DNA of 36,341 nt from a virus (Duplodnaviria > Caudoviricetes). Below, in pieces: positions 27,500 through 35,896 of the stretch. How positions within the stretch are numbered: the stretch's first letter is position 1; every line of letters begins with the position of its first letter. A model generated the notes under the pieces. That model searched no databases and was not told the origin of the DNA. It saw nothing but the letters and a program-made list of their open reading frames with translations. The position numbers and the translations under genes are program-made. The DNA lies in IMG/VR virus record IMGVR_UViG_3300020711_000021, positions 1 to 36,341 of that record, one strand, 5' to 3'.

Positions 27500-27831
27500 A
27501 TAAAGTAAAATTAATATTAGTTGTAATTCTTTTAGTATTATTATATTTTGCATATACTGTACTTCAAGATAATTCAAATAAATATCATAAATATGAACAT
27601 ACCATCGATAGTCTTTCAACCCAAGTTAAAGCTTTAGATTCTGTTCATCATAAACAAGACAGTGTTATTATAATATATAAAGACAGTGTTGTTTATATGG
27701 ATAAGATGATTGTTGAAGAAAAGGTAAAATATGTTCAAATTAAAAACAAATACAATGAAATACGCACTCTCGTTGCTAATTACACTCCTAATCAGCTTGA
27801 CAGTTTTTTCGCAAAGCGTTACAGATACTAG
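27496..27831 (+). CDS. N-terminally anchored coiled-coil membrane protein (i-spanin-like candidate)
   Basis: Single N-terminal TM helix, coiled coil, overlapped by the next gene. Confidence 0.55.
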   Translation: MNKVKLILVVILLVLLYFAYTVLQDNSNKYHKYEHTIDSLSTQVKALDSVHHKQDSVIIIYKDSVVYMDKMIVEEKVKYVQIKNKYNEIRTLVANYTPNQLDSFFAKRYRY

Positions 27832-28165
27832 TAAAATAGTATTACCATATTCAGTTGCTAAAAGAGTAGCATTAGATCTTATAGCATATGATAGTTTAAA
27901 ATGTCAACATAATATAACACAAAATGTGTTGCAACTTACTGAAAGACAATCATCTATGAAAGATAGTTTAATTAGAACACTATCTAGCAAAAATGAAACT
28001 TATGCTCAACAAATAATATTATACAAAGAAAAAGAACAACAATATATTAATTATACTCAAACTTTAAAAAAAGATGTTAAAAAAGCTAAATTTAAAAACC
28101 ATTTATTTAGTTTGAGTGCTATTGTAGCTGTAATGGCTGGTGCTTTAATCATATATTCTCATTAA
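27755..28165 (+). CDS. Secreted coiled-coil protein with C-terminal TM (spanin-partner candidate)
   Basis: From ATG 27755: signal peptide MKYALSLLITLLISLTVFS|Q, C-terminal hydrophobic helix; no lipobox. Confidence 0.55.
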   Translation: MKYALSLLITLLISLTVFSQSVTDTSKIVLPYSVAKRVALDLIAYDSLKCQHNITQNVLQLTERQSSMKDSLIRTLSSKNETYAQQIILYKEKEQQYINYTQTLKKDVKKAKFKNHLFSLSAIVAVMAGALIIYSH

Positions 28166-28173
28166 TAAAATTT

Positions 28174-28740
28174 ATGTCAGATAACGTTTTAAAAAAAGAA
28201 TTTCAACAACGCGACGTACAACGTCTCCGTAACCTTATGCAAGGTAAATATGGGGATAAAACCGCTGTTGGGATAGGTTATACTAAACAACAAGAATTTC
28301 ACGGTGAAGGTGATGTTTGGGAGGAAGATGATCGAAAATGGACTATCAAAAATGGTGTAAAACAAAATATTACTAAATTAGATAAAGCAAAAAAAGAATT
28401 ACATTTACCTTTATTTTGTCCTGAATGTAGCAGCATGATGAAACCACATCTTGATAAACGTTTTTGGATAATGTATGGTAGATGTCTTAATTGTCAAATT
28501 GATTTTGAAACAGAAATTAGAAGACAAGGTTTATGGGAAGAATATGAAAAAAATATTATAAACTCAGACGTAGATTTTCTTATAAAGGATTTCATGATAT
28601 GGAGTGATGATGTTATAAACTCAACTGATTCTTTTATTACCGAAGCAGGAGATGTAGAAAGTTGGGTAGGTAAAGGTAAACAAGTGTTGTTACAAAACCG
28701 AGACGAAACTATTAAATATCTACAAAGTTTAAAGAAATGA
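28174..28740 (+). CDS. Hypothetical protein with Cys4 zinc finger
   Basis: CPEC...CLNC; GDVWEE..RKW.IKNG. Confidence 0.7.
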   Translation: MSDNVLKKEFQQRDVQRLRNLMQGKYGDKTAVGIGYTKQQEFHGEGDVWEEDDRKWTIKNGVKQNITKLDKAKKELHLPLFCPECSSMMKPHLDKRFWIMYGRCLNCQIDFETEIRRQGLWEEYEKNIINSDVDFLIKDFMIWSDDVINSTDSFITEAGDVESWVGKGKQVLLQNRDETIKYLQSLKK

Positions 28741-29351
28741 CAGAATACATTACTCCTATCATTATTGCTTTTATCACAGCTGTTTTAGGCCCTATATTAA
28801 TAGAATGGGCTAAAGTTAGATTTAAGCCTAAAGCTAAAAAATCTCCAATTCAAGAAGCTATTGAATTAAATGAATTAGTTGATACTCAATTAGATTCTAT
28901 AGTAGAAACAATAGAATGTGATCGTGTATGGATAGCTCAATTTCATAATGGTGGACATTTTTATCCAACAGGTAAATCTATTCAGAAATTTTCTTTTTTC
29001 TACGAAAAAATTACACCCGATACACTTTCAGTTCAACATACTTTCCAAAATATTCCTGTATCTTTATTTCCTAAACCTTTAGGTAAAATATACACTGATG
29101 GAGAATTATCTATCCCTAGTTATGCTAATGGAAATGAAACTTATGGTTTAGAAACATTAGCTAAAGATTACAACTCAAAATCATTTTACGCTGTTGGTTT
29201 ATATAGTTTAGATAACCATTTAATAGGTGTTATGGGAATATCATATCGTCAAGAACATAAATTAACCAAAGACGAATGGATATTTATACGCCAGAAAGTA
29301 GGTGTTATAGGAACATTATTAACTGAATATTTAAAAACAACAAAAAAATGA
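28737..29351 (+). CDS. Single-TM protein with GAF-like soluble domain (holin candidate)
   Basis: N-terminal TM; CDRVWIAQFHNG and KSFYAVGL...LIGVMGISY GAF-like strands. Confidence 0.5.
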   Translation: MTEYITPIIIAFITAVLGPILIEWAKVRFKPKAKKSPIQEAIELNELVDTQLDSIVETIECDRVWIAQFHNGGHFYPTGKSIQKFSFFYEKITPDTLSVQHTFQNIPVSLFPKPLGKIYTDGELSIPSYANGNETYGLETLAKDYNSKSFYAVGLYSLDNHLIGVMGISYRQEHKLTKDEWIFIRQKVGVIGTLLTEYLKTTKK

Positions 29352-29551
29352 ATACTTTAAAACCTTGGGAACAATCTCTTACTACTCATACTCAAACAGG
29401 ACAAACCATAGTTACACGTGATTATTCAGTAAATCAAGTTACTATTTCTCCAATGTCTGAAGCTGAAATAGTACCAGATCATGAAGAAGAAATTAAGATT
29501 GAAGAAATTAAATCTAAATCTAAAAAAAATAAACAAGAAGAAGATAAATAG
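29348..29551 (+). CDS. Hypothetical protein
   Basis: 67-aa ORF, ATGA overlap. Confidence 0.55.
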   Translation: MNTLKPWEQSLTTHTQTGQTIVTRDYSVNQVTISPMSEAEIVPDHEEEIKIEEIKSKSKKNKQEEDK

Positions 29552-29588
29552 GTTACATATTATTTAACTAAATTAAAATCTATGGACG

Positions 29589-29810
29589 GTGACCATAAAA
29601 GGCAAAAAAATAAATTTAGAGACAGCAGTTCACGTATGCCTAATGATAGCAATGTTCTTCAACCCTTTTGGGTTCGACGCGCTTTTTGCGTTGGTAATGA
29701 AATGGACAGGTTCTTATTGGACTACGGATTTAATTTTCTATTGCCTTTCGGGGCTTTTCTTTGGCTTATATTTTTACTTGCGTAAACGATTGAAGAATAC
29801 GAAAAATTAA
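29589..29810 (+). CDS. Small membrane protein
   Basis: GTG-start 73-aa ORF with 2-3 hydrophobic segments and a basic tail. Confidence 0.6.
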   Translation: MTIKGKKINLETAVHVCLMIAMFFNPFGFDALFALVMKWTGSYWTTDLIFYCLSGLFFGLYFYLRKRLKNTKN

Positions 29811-29841
29811 CATATTTATACAAAATATAAACAATAACATA

Positions 29842-30409
29842 ATGAAAAAATCAGAACTTAAAGCCAAAATCAAAGAAATGATTATGGCTGAAAATAATTT
29901 AGACGAAGCTAAAAAGAAAAAAAGCGAAGATACTATCGAAGATGATGACTTTAACTCCGAACCAGCTCCAGACTTTACTTCAAACAACGAACCCAGCATG
30001 GGATCTGAAGGTGATGACATTTCACCTGAAGTAAAAGCAGTACAAGATGCTTTAAATAAAGCTCAAGTAGAAGCTGAAAAATTAGGTGATAAAAAATTAT
30101 TATCTCAAATTGGTAATACGATAACTTTTTTCACTCGTGCCCATATAGCTGAACCAGGTAAAGGTAAAGCAGCTAATCAAGGTTTAGCCGAATCATTAAA
30201 AAAAACTACAAGAAATAACTATTAATAAACCAACAAACACTAAAATTCTACCCAAACATGTTGTAGATCGCTTTGAAGAAACAGCAAACACGCGTAAGTT
30301 AAATCAATTATTTGGTGCTTTACGTGTTTTAAAATTAACTTGGATGAATGAAGGATTTGAAAAAAGTGAAATAATAGATTATATAAAATATTTAATAAAC
30401 AAAATTTAA
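29842..30409 (+). CDS. Hypothetical protein with KSELKAKIKE leader; frame breaks at an A8 run (30198-30205) and continues in +1 frame to 30409
   Basis: Annotated ORF stops at 30225; +1 frame from 30206 reads LQEITINKP...IKYLINKI* and ends 4 nt before the next ATG. Confidence 0.6.
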
Positions 30410-30413
30410 AAAC

Positions 30414-30587
30414 ATGAAAACACAAGAGTTATTTGAAAAAATGGATGCGCTTTACAATCTATTCAAACTTGAACATTCAGAAAAATCTAAAGCAGCTCAT
30501 GGTCGCGCTCGTAAAAAATTAGGTGAATTTAAAAAACTAATATCAGAATATCGTAAAGCATCAACTGCTGAAGATAAAGCTAAATAA
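30414..30587 (+). CDS. Histone H1-like (Hc1-type) DNA-binding protein, 57 aa
   Basis: Hand translation MKTQELFEKMDALYNLFKLEHSEKSKAAHGRARKKLGEFKKLISEYRKASTAEDKAK; KAA..RARK...E.RKAS signature; absent from the ORF track. Confidence 0.72.
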   Translation: MKTQELFEKMDALYNLFKLEHSEKSKAAHGRARKKLGEFKKLISEYRKASTAEDKAK

Positions 30588-30588
30588 T

Positions 30589-31617
30589 ATGAATAAACGT
30601 CTTTTAACACCAACTGAGATTAAAAACGCGGATTATATTTATGATATTCTTAAAAAAGATAAAAAAAGTTTTGTTGCAAAATATGGTAAAGACGCTGAAA
30701 AAATAATGCGTGGTCGTGCTATTAAAAACGCTAAGAAAAAAACTGAACAAATGCATAAAGACAAAATTAAAGAGATGGTTAAATCTTCTCTTCAAACTCC
30801 ACCCAAAATAAACGCTAAAGAATATCTACTACAACGTGAAAATAAAATTAATCCTTCTGATGTAGTTAAAATGGATATTCCATTATTTATTCGTATGTTA
30901 GAATACGCTCGTGAAGATGCTAGTACTGATATAAACTTACATGATGTTGCTGAAAAGGCAACTTCTTTAAGTGCTAACGGTAAAACACTTACTATGGCTG
31001 ATTATGCTAATCTTGTTAAAGGCGAAATGGAAGAAGGTTTACCTAAAGGATATTTTAAAAAAGAATTTGGTATAGGTGGTCATAAAAAACAAATGGAAGA
31101 AAACATTACTGATCCTCAAGAAGAAACAGAAATGTCTCATTCACAATTAGTGTCTATTCAATCTAGTGTTGAAGATTTAATGAAAAAAATCGATAGTGGT
31201 GAACAATTAGATCCGTGGGTTTTATCTAAATTAACTATAGCCCAAGACTACTTAGAAACAATTGATGATTACTTAAAAGGTAAACCATTAAACGAAAAAC
31301 ATCTTACTCTGGCTGAAAAGAAAAAGAAGGAAGAAATTGTTAAAGCAATGAAGAAAACTTTTAAAGGTCCTAAACCAGCAATGTACGCTATTGCTACTAA
31401 GAAAGCTGAAAAAGTAGCTGAAGATAAAATAGATGAAACATTTGGTCAACTTGTTAGTAAACTTAAAAAACAAGGCAAATCAGGTAAAGCAGCCACTAAA
31501 ATAGCAGGAGCAGTAGCAGCTGCTAAAGCACATGGAGCTGGTAAAGGTCCATCTACTAAACAAAAAGCTAGATTAACTGAAAAGATCATATCTAAACTAA
31601 AAGATAACAATGACTAA
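30589..31617 (+). CDS. Lys-rich mosaic protein, putative internal head protein
   Basis: 342 aa; short modules separated by xxE linkers. Confidence 0.55.
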   Translation: MNKRLLTPTEIKNADYIYDILKKDKKSFVAKYGKDAEKIMRGRAIKNAKKKTEQMHKDKIKEMVKSSLQTPPKINAKEYLLQRENKINPSDVVKMDIPLFIRMLEYAREDASTDINLHDVAEKATSLSANGKTLTMADYANLVKGEMEEGLPKGYFKKEFGIGGHKKQMEENITDPQEETEMSHSQLVSIQSSVEDLMKKIDSGEQLDPWVLSKLTIAQDYLETIDDYLKGKPLNEKHLTLAEKKKKEEIVKAMKKTFKGPKPAMYAIATKKAEKVAEDKIDETFGQLVSKLKKQGKSGKAATKIAGAVAAAKAHGAGKGPSTKQKARLTEKIISKLKDNND

Positions 31618-32092
31618 AAATGAATTAAAAGATAAAATCAAATCATCAGTTAAAAAAATTTATAAACCTGAAGTATCTGCTGCGGCTATCGTGGCAGATT
31701 CTCATGCTGATAAATTTCCAATATTATCTGAATTCCCACAGTTTAGAGACATTTTAGTACTTCTACTAACTCCAGAATATGAGACTTTTGTAGATGATAT
31801 ACATTGGGTAGCTCCTAAACCATTAACATTTAGAATTATATTAGTTAATGGTGAAATGTTTTATCTTATTCATACTGATAGAAGTTGGATAGCACAAGTA
31901 TCAGGTAAAAAATATTATCTTTTAAATGTAGGTGAAGAAGAATTTGCTTCTGAAGCAATATCTCGTCTTTTATATTATGCTAATCAAGCTGTAGAAAAGA
32001 AAGAAGTTGAACCTGAAATAGAAGTTCCTCCAGCTCCTAAAGAAGAAACACCAAAAGAAGAAACACCAAAAGAAGAAACACCAGAAGCATAA
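31610..32092 (+). CDS. Hypothetical protein with KEETP repeats
   Basis: 160 aa; KNELKDKIK leader. Confidence 0.7.
   Translation: MTKNELKDKIKSSVKKIYKPEVSAAAIVADSHADKFPILSEFPQFRDILVLLLTPEYETFVDDIHWVAPKPLTFRIILVNGEMFYLIHTDRSWIAQVSGKKYYLLNVGEEEFASEAISRLLYYANQAVEKKEVEPEIEVPPAPKEETPKEETPKEETPEA
32039..32083 (+). repeat. 3 x 15-bp perfect tandem repeat AAAGAAGAAACACCA
   Basis: Read directly; encodes KEETP x3. Confidence 0.9.
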
Positions 32093-32265
32093 TGGATACA
32101 TTTGATAAATTTTTTGTAAAATTTGGATATAAATTTCCCAAAGGATACCCTGACATGAATAATAAACAAGATGTTTTATTATTAGAATCGTTATTAAAAA
32201 ACATTCTAAACGAAGACGTTAAAATAAAAGAAAACGATGAAACACAACCTAAGACAACTAATTAA
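32092..32265 (+). CDS. Small hypothetical protein (57 aa, YKFPKGYPDMNN)
   Basis: TAATG-coupled to the upstream gene; fills the gap; below the ORF track cutoff. Confidence 0.6.
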   Translation: MDTFDKFFVKFGYKFPKGYPDMNNKQDVLLLESLLKNILNEDVKIKENDETQPKTTN

Positions 32266-33058
32266 AGAAGTATTAATAAACCATAAACCAGATTGTGGTT
32301 GTGGATGTAATGGTAAATGCGCTAAAGCACCTAAACTAAATGAAAGTTTAGAAGTAGTCATTACTGAAAATATGAAATATCATATTAATAATAAAAAACC
32401 ATTATCTGAAAATACATTTCGTTATAGTTCAAAAGCATTTTTAGATTTATGGGCTGAAGCTAGATACTTGTATTCTCGCAATGCTATAAACATATCAGGT
32501 CTTGATAAAGAAATAATAACTGAATCCGATTTAGGTGAATATGGTTTATTTGAAGGTAAAAAAGTACCTTTAGATATGCCTATGGTTGAAGAAGAACAAG
32601 TTCCCTGGACTGAAAAAGTAATAAAATACGCTAATGAACATCCAGGAGTTGGACCAGTAAAAGATCTAGATAAAACTCAAGTAATGTCTATTTTATATAA
32701 ATTAGATTTACCTACTACTTTAGCTAATTTAGTTTTAAAAGATATTAAAAATTTAAATGAATCTAAAGATGAAAAACACCCACCGTTAAATAAACCTCAT
32801 CGTGGTGGTTCTAAAAAGTTTTATGTGTATGTTCGCGATCCTAAAACCAAAAATATCAAGAAAGTATCATTTGGCGCGGCAGGTGGTGGACAAAATTTGT
32901 CCGTTAAAATTCGCGACCCTAAAGCGCGAAAAGCGTTTGCTAAACGCCAACATTGTGCTGATAAACATGATAAAACTAAACCAGGTTACTGGGCTTGTCA
33001 TATAGGTAGATATTGGAAATCATTAGGTGGTGGCTCAAATTTTAGTGGATATTGGTAA
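32237..33058 (+). CDS. Hypothetical protein with basic C-terminal Cys/Trp domain
   Basis: 273 aa; KKFYVYV...KKVSFG...RKAFAKRQHC...GYWAC..W. Confidence 0.7.
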   Translation: MKHNLRQLIKEVLINHKPDCGCGCNGKCAKAPKLNESLEVVITENMKYHINNKKPLSENTFRYSSKAFLDLWAEARYLYSRNAINISGLDKEIITESDLGEYGLFEGKKVPLDMPMVEEEQVPWTEKVIKYANEHPGVGPVKDLDKTQVMSILYKLDLPTTLANLVLKDIKNLNESKDEKHPPLNKPHRGGSKKFYVYVRDPKTKNIKKVSFGAAGGGQNLSVKIRDPKARKAFAKRQHCADKHDKTKPGYWACHIGRYWKSLGGGSNFSGYW

Positions 33059-33070
33059 AATATATTAAAC

Positions 33071-33397
33071 ATGATAAAATTAACTAATATATTAAATGAT
33101 TCATTTAACCCAAATGTTTATCAAGTAGAAGCTAAATTAATAGTTAATACTGAAGAAAGATCTATGTCTGATGTTTTATCTGATATACGTGCTATAAAAG
33201 GTGTTACTATTGTAGATATTGAAGCTCAAGATGATAAAACTACAAGCCCACGCCATGTAGTAACTATTAAAGTAAAAATAGACCCAGCCCCCTTTAAACC
33301 TTTTACTAAAGAATCATTTAAACAAATATTATTAGGTGTAAAACAAACACCAGCAGTATTAACAGCTCAATTTACTTCTAGCCCAATAATAGTATGA
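33071..33397 (+). CDS. Hypothetical protein with MIKLTNIL leader
   Basis: 108-aa ORF. Confidence 0.7.
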   Translation: MIKLTNILNDSFNPNVYQVEAKLIVNTEERSMSDVLSDIRAIKGVTIVDIEAQDDKTTSPRHVVTIKVKIDPAPFKPFTKESFKQILLGVKQTPAVLTAQFTSSPIIV

Positions 33398-33768
33398 TAA
33401 AATTAACTAACATATTATCAGAAATATTAAATGAAGACAGATGTAAACGTATAGCAGATCGCAGATATGATAAACCTTCGGCTTATAAATCTGGAGCTAT
33501 AGTTCGTTGTCGTAAAGGCCATATTTGGAAAGACTTAAAAGAAAAAAAAGAAACTCTACATACATGGTTTAAACGTAAAGGTACACCTGGTAAAGAAGGT
33601 GGATGGGTTGATTGTAATGCTCCAATCCATAAAGATGGGGAAATAGTAGGATATAAAGCATGTGGTAGAAAAGAAGGCGAAAAACGCGCTAAATACCCAG
33701 CCTGTCGACCTACTCCGGCAGGATGTAAAACAAAAGGTAAAGGTACAAAATGGGGAAAAACAAAATGA
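33394..33768 (+). CDS. Basic Cys-rich hypothetical protein with MIKLTNILSE leader
   Basis: 124 aa; LHTWF...WVDC...CGR...YPACRP. Confidence 0.7.
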   Translation: MIKLTNILSEILNEDRCKRIADRRYDKPSAYKSGAIVRCRKGHIWKDLKEKKETLHTWFKRKGTPGKEGGWVDCNAPIHKDGEIVGYKACGRKEGEKRAKYPACRPTPAGCKTKGKGTKWGKTK

Positions 33769-34007
33769 TAAAACTAATAGAAATACTAAAAAAAGAAAAA
33801 TCATCTGAACTACATTTTCCAGATGGATTTCAACCAGCTAAAACTGTACCTGAAGGTGGAGCAATGTGTGCTAATTGTGCTAAATGGAACAAAGAAAAAC
33901 AACTCTGTGAAGGTAAATATTACATAGACTGGAATGGCAACGGTGAAATACACAACGATGCTACAAAGTATGTTTGCATTTGGTGGGTTAAAAAAGGTAA
34001 AAAGTGA
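33765..34007 (+). CDS. Small Cys4 protein, HiPIP-like motif
   Basis: From ATG 33765 (MIKLIEIL); CANC..W...C...CIWW. Confidence 0.5.
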   Translation: MIKLIEILKKEKSSELHFPDGFQPAKTVPEGGAMCANCAKWNKEKQLCEGKYYIDWNGNGEIHNDATKYVCIWWVKKGKK

Positions 34008-34264
34008 AACCTTATAAGGATTTAGAAGTCGAAGAAAGTGTTGTAATAAGGGTTTTTAATCAAGAAATAGACCCTATAGAATTAATGTGGCATAGAGACA
34101 ATGAGGATAGGATAATAGAGTCTATAGGAGTTACTGATTGGAAAGTTCAACTTGATAATACTTTACCTGTTTTGATTAAAGGACAGATATTTATACCTAG
34201 AGGAGTTTGGCACCGAGCAATAAAAGGTACAGGAAATTTAAAACTAAAAATATATAAATTATGA
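34004..34264 (+). CDS. Cupin-like protein
   Basis: WHRDNEDR...IFIPRGVWHRAIKG. Confidence 0.7.
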   Translation: MKPYKDLEVEESVVIRVFNQEIDPIELMWHRDNEDRIIESIGVTDWKVQLDNTLPVLIKGQIFIPRGVWHRAIKGTGNLKLKIYKL

Positions 34265-34291
34265 ATAATTTAAGACTAAAAAGATTAATTA
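34229..34291 (+). repeat. 63-bp direct repeat, copy 1
   Basis: Matches 35026-35088 with one mismatch. Confidence 0.9.
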
Positions 34292-35061
34292 CACAACTAC
34301 TAAAAGAATCCATTAAAGGAGAAGTAAGGTATAAAGGTAAAACTTATAGCAAGGAAGAGATAAAGGATATGCGTGATTGGTTAAAAGATGTTCAATGGGC
34401 AGATCTAGACTCCGAAGAGGTAGATGATTTGTCTGATGAAGAAGTATTACAAGGCGTAAATATAAATTATGAGGGAGGTTTAAAAAACTTTCGTCATAAT
34501 AACAATTTAAGTGAGTCTAAAGAAGTTGAAGTAGAAGTCCCGGAGTTTGTAGAAACTAAAATCAAACAATCTTTATCTCAATTAGATAGATGGGAAGCAA
34601 ACGGTAAAGAATTAAAACAAAATTATAGAAATAAAGTAGGTAAAAAAATACTTCAAATAGAAGCAAAAACCTTAACTCCTTTAGAAATTTTTCCATCTAT
34701 GATAGAAGCTAAAGAACAAACCCAAATTAATGGAATTAGAAATTGTGCCGCTGGTTTACAAAAAACCGCTGGGGGGTATATTTGGGTATATAAACATCCT
34801 GAAAATCCGTATTTTGAATATATCATTAATGAAAATGAAATCATACGTGTATTTGAAAATAACTATTCAGGAAATGAAGAACTTTGGCACCGTGATGATG
34901 AAGATAGAATAGTTGAAATTATAGGTAAAACAGATTGGAAAATACAATTAGAAAACCAACTACCCACTTCTATGAATCAACCAATATTTATACCCAGACA
35001 TGAATGGCATCGTACTATTAAAGGAACAGGAAATTTAAAACTAAAAATATATAAATCATGA
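34261..35061 (+). CDS. Chimeric protein: leader, NUMOD1-like fragment, second cupin domain
   Basis: FPSMIEA...IRNC..G..KTAGGYIW.Y followed by WHRDDEDR...IFIPRHEWHRTIKG. Confidence 0.65.
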   Translation: MNNLRLKRLITQLLKESIKGEVRYKGKTYSKEEIKDMRDWLKDVQWADLDSEEVDDLSDEEVLQGVNINYEGGLKNFRHNNNLSESKEVEVEVPEFVETKIKQSLSQLDRWEANGKELKQNYRNKVGKKILQIEAKTLTPLEIFPSMIEAKEQTQINGIRNCAAGLQKTAGGYIWVYKHPENPYFEYIINENEIIRVFENNYSGNEELWHRDDEDRIVEIIGKTDWKIQLENQLPTSMNQPIFIPRHEWHRTIKGTGNLKLKIYKS

Positions 35062-35088
35062 ATAATTTAAGACTAAAAAGATTAATTA
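35026..35088 (+). repeat. 63-bp direct repeat, copy 2
   Basis: 797 bp downstream of copy 1. Confidence 0.9.
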
Positions 35089-35894
35089 AAGAAAGTCTAA
35101 AAGGATATAAATCATGGAAATTAATCCAACCTGAAACAATAACTATTAAAGGTGGTGAAGTTAAAATTGGAAATAAAGTATCAACTATCAACCCTAAAAC
35201 TAAAAAAACAGAAACAGGCACGATAAAAAGCATAACTAAACTACCTAATGGGAACGAAGTTGATTTAACTGTAGATATGGGAAATGGAGAATTACTACAT
35301 TCTTCTGCTAAATTCTTTGAAAAAATAAATGAATATAAACTAGATGAAGTTAAAGTATCTACTATTAGTATAGGAGATAAATTTACATTATCCGCAGATT
35401 TAGGTAAATTCAAAAAAGGCGATAAAGTAGAAATTATAGGAAAAAAACCAGATGGTGATGATATAAAATTAACTTTATATAACGGTAAAATTAAAGATAC
35501 ATTTTATTTAGATAAAAACGATGAAATTGAAACTAAAGAACTAAATGAAATAGCAATAGCTACCGATTACCAATTTACTCCTCAACAACTAGAATTAATT
35601 AAAAAATATGGAGGTAAATTATCTACAGGTGGTAATGCTTTATATATTCCTGATGTTCTTAAAATTCAATTAGACCAAAATGTAAAAGATTCTAAATTTA
35701 AACAAGAATTCTATGAAACATTTGGTCCTGAAAGAAAAAACTTAGCTTCACAATTAATGTCTTCTATGAAATTAGCCATTAAAAAAGGAGGCTCAGCTAA
35801 TATAAAAGGTAAAAAATATTTTACTATAGAAGGACATATGACTAAAAATGGTAATTTTAACTTTCCTAACCCATCTAGACCAGAAAATAAATAA
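35058..35894 (+). CDS. Hypothetical multi-module protein (possible SH3-like barrels)
   Basis: 278 aa; LKRLIKESL leader; KIGNKV / KKGDKV motifs. Confidence 0.6.
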   Translation: MNNLRLKRLIKESLKGYKSWKLIQPETITIKGGEVKIGNKVSTINPKTKKTETGTIKSITKLPNGNEVDLTVDMGNGELLHSSAKFFEKINEYKLDEVKVSTISIGDKFTLSADLGKFKKGDKVEIIGKKPDGDDIKLTLYNGKIKDTFYLDKNDEIETKELNEIAIATDYQFTPQQLELIKKYGGKLSTGGNALYIPDVLKIQLDQNVKDSKFKQEFYETFGPERKNLASQLMSSMKLAIKKGGSANIKGKKYFTIEGHMTKNGNFNFPNPSRPENK

Positions 35895-35896
35895 CA

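Noticed and set aside
29582-29785. 67-aa alternative-frame ORF
   Set aside because: Overlaps the more plausible membrane-protein frame 29589-29810
5438-35413. Minus-strand and nested short ORFs (5438, 9991, 12261, 19858, 25557, 29766, 30240, 30604, 31288, 31984, 32802, 33556, 34653, 34730, 35018)
   Set aside because: Shadows of well-supported plus-strand genes with no recognisable motifs
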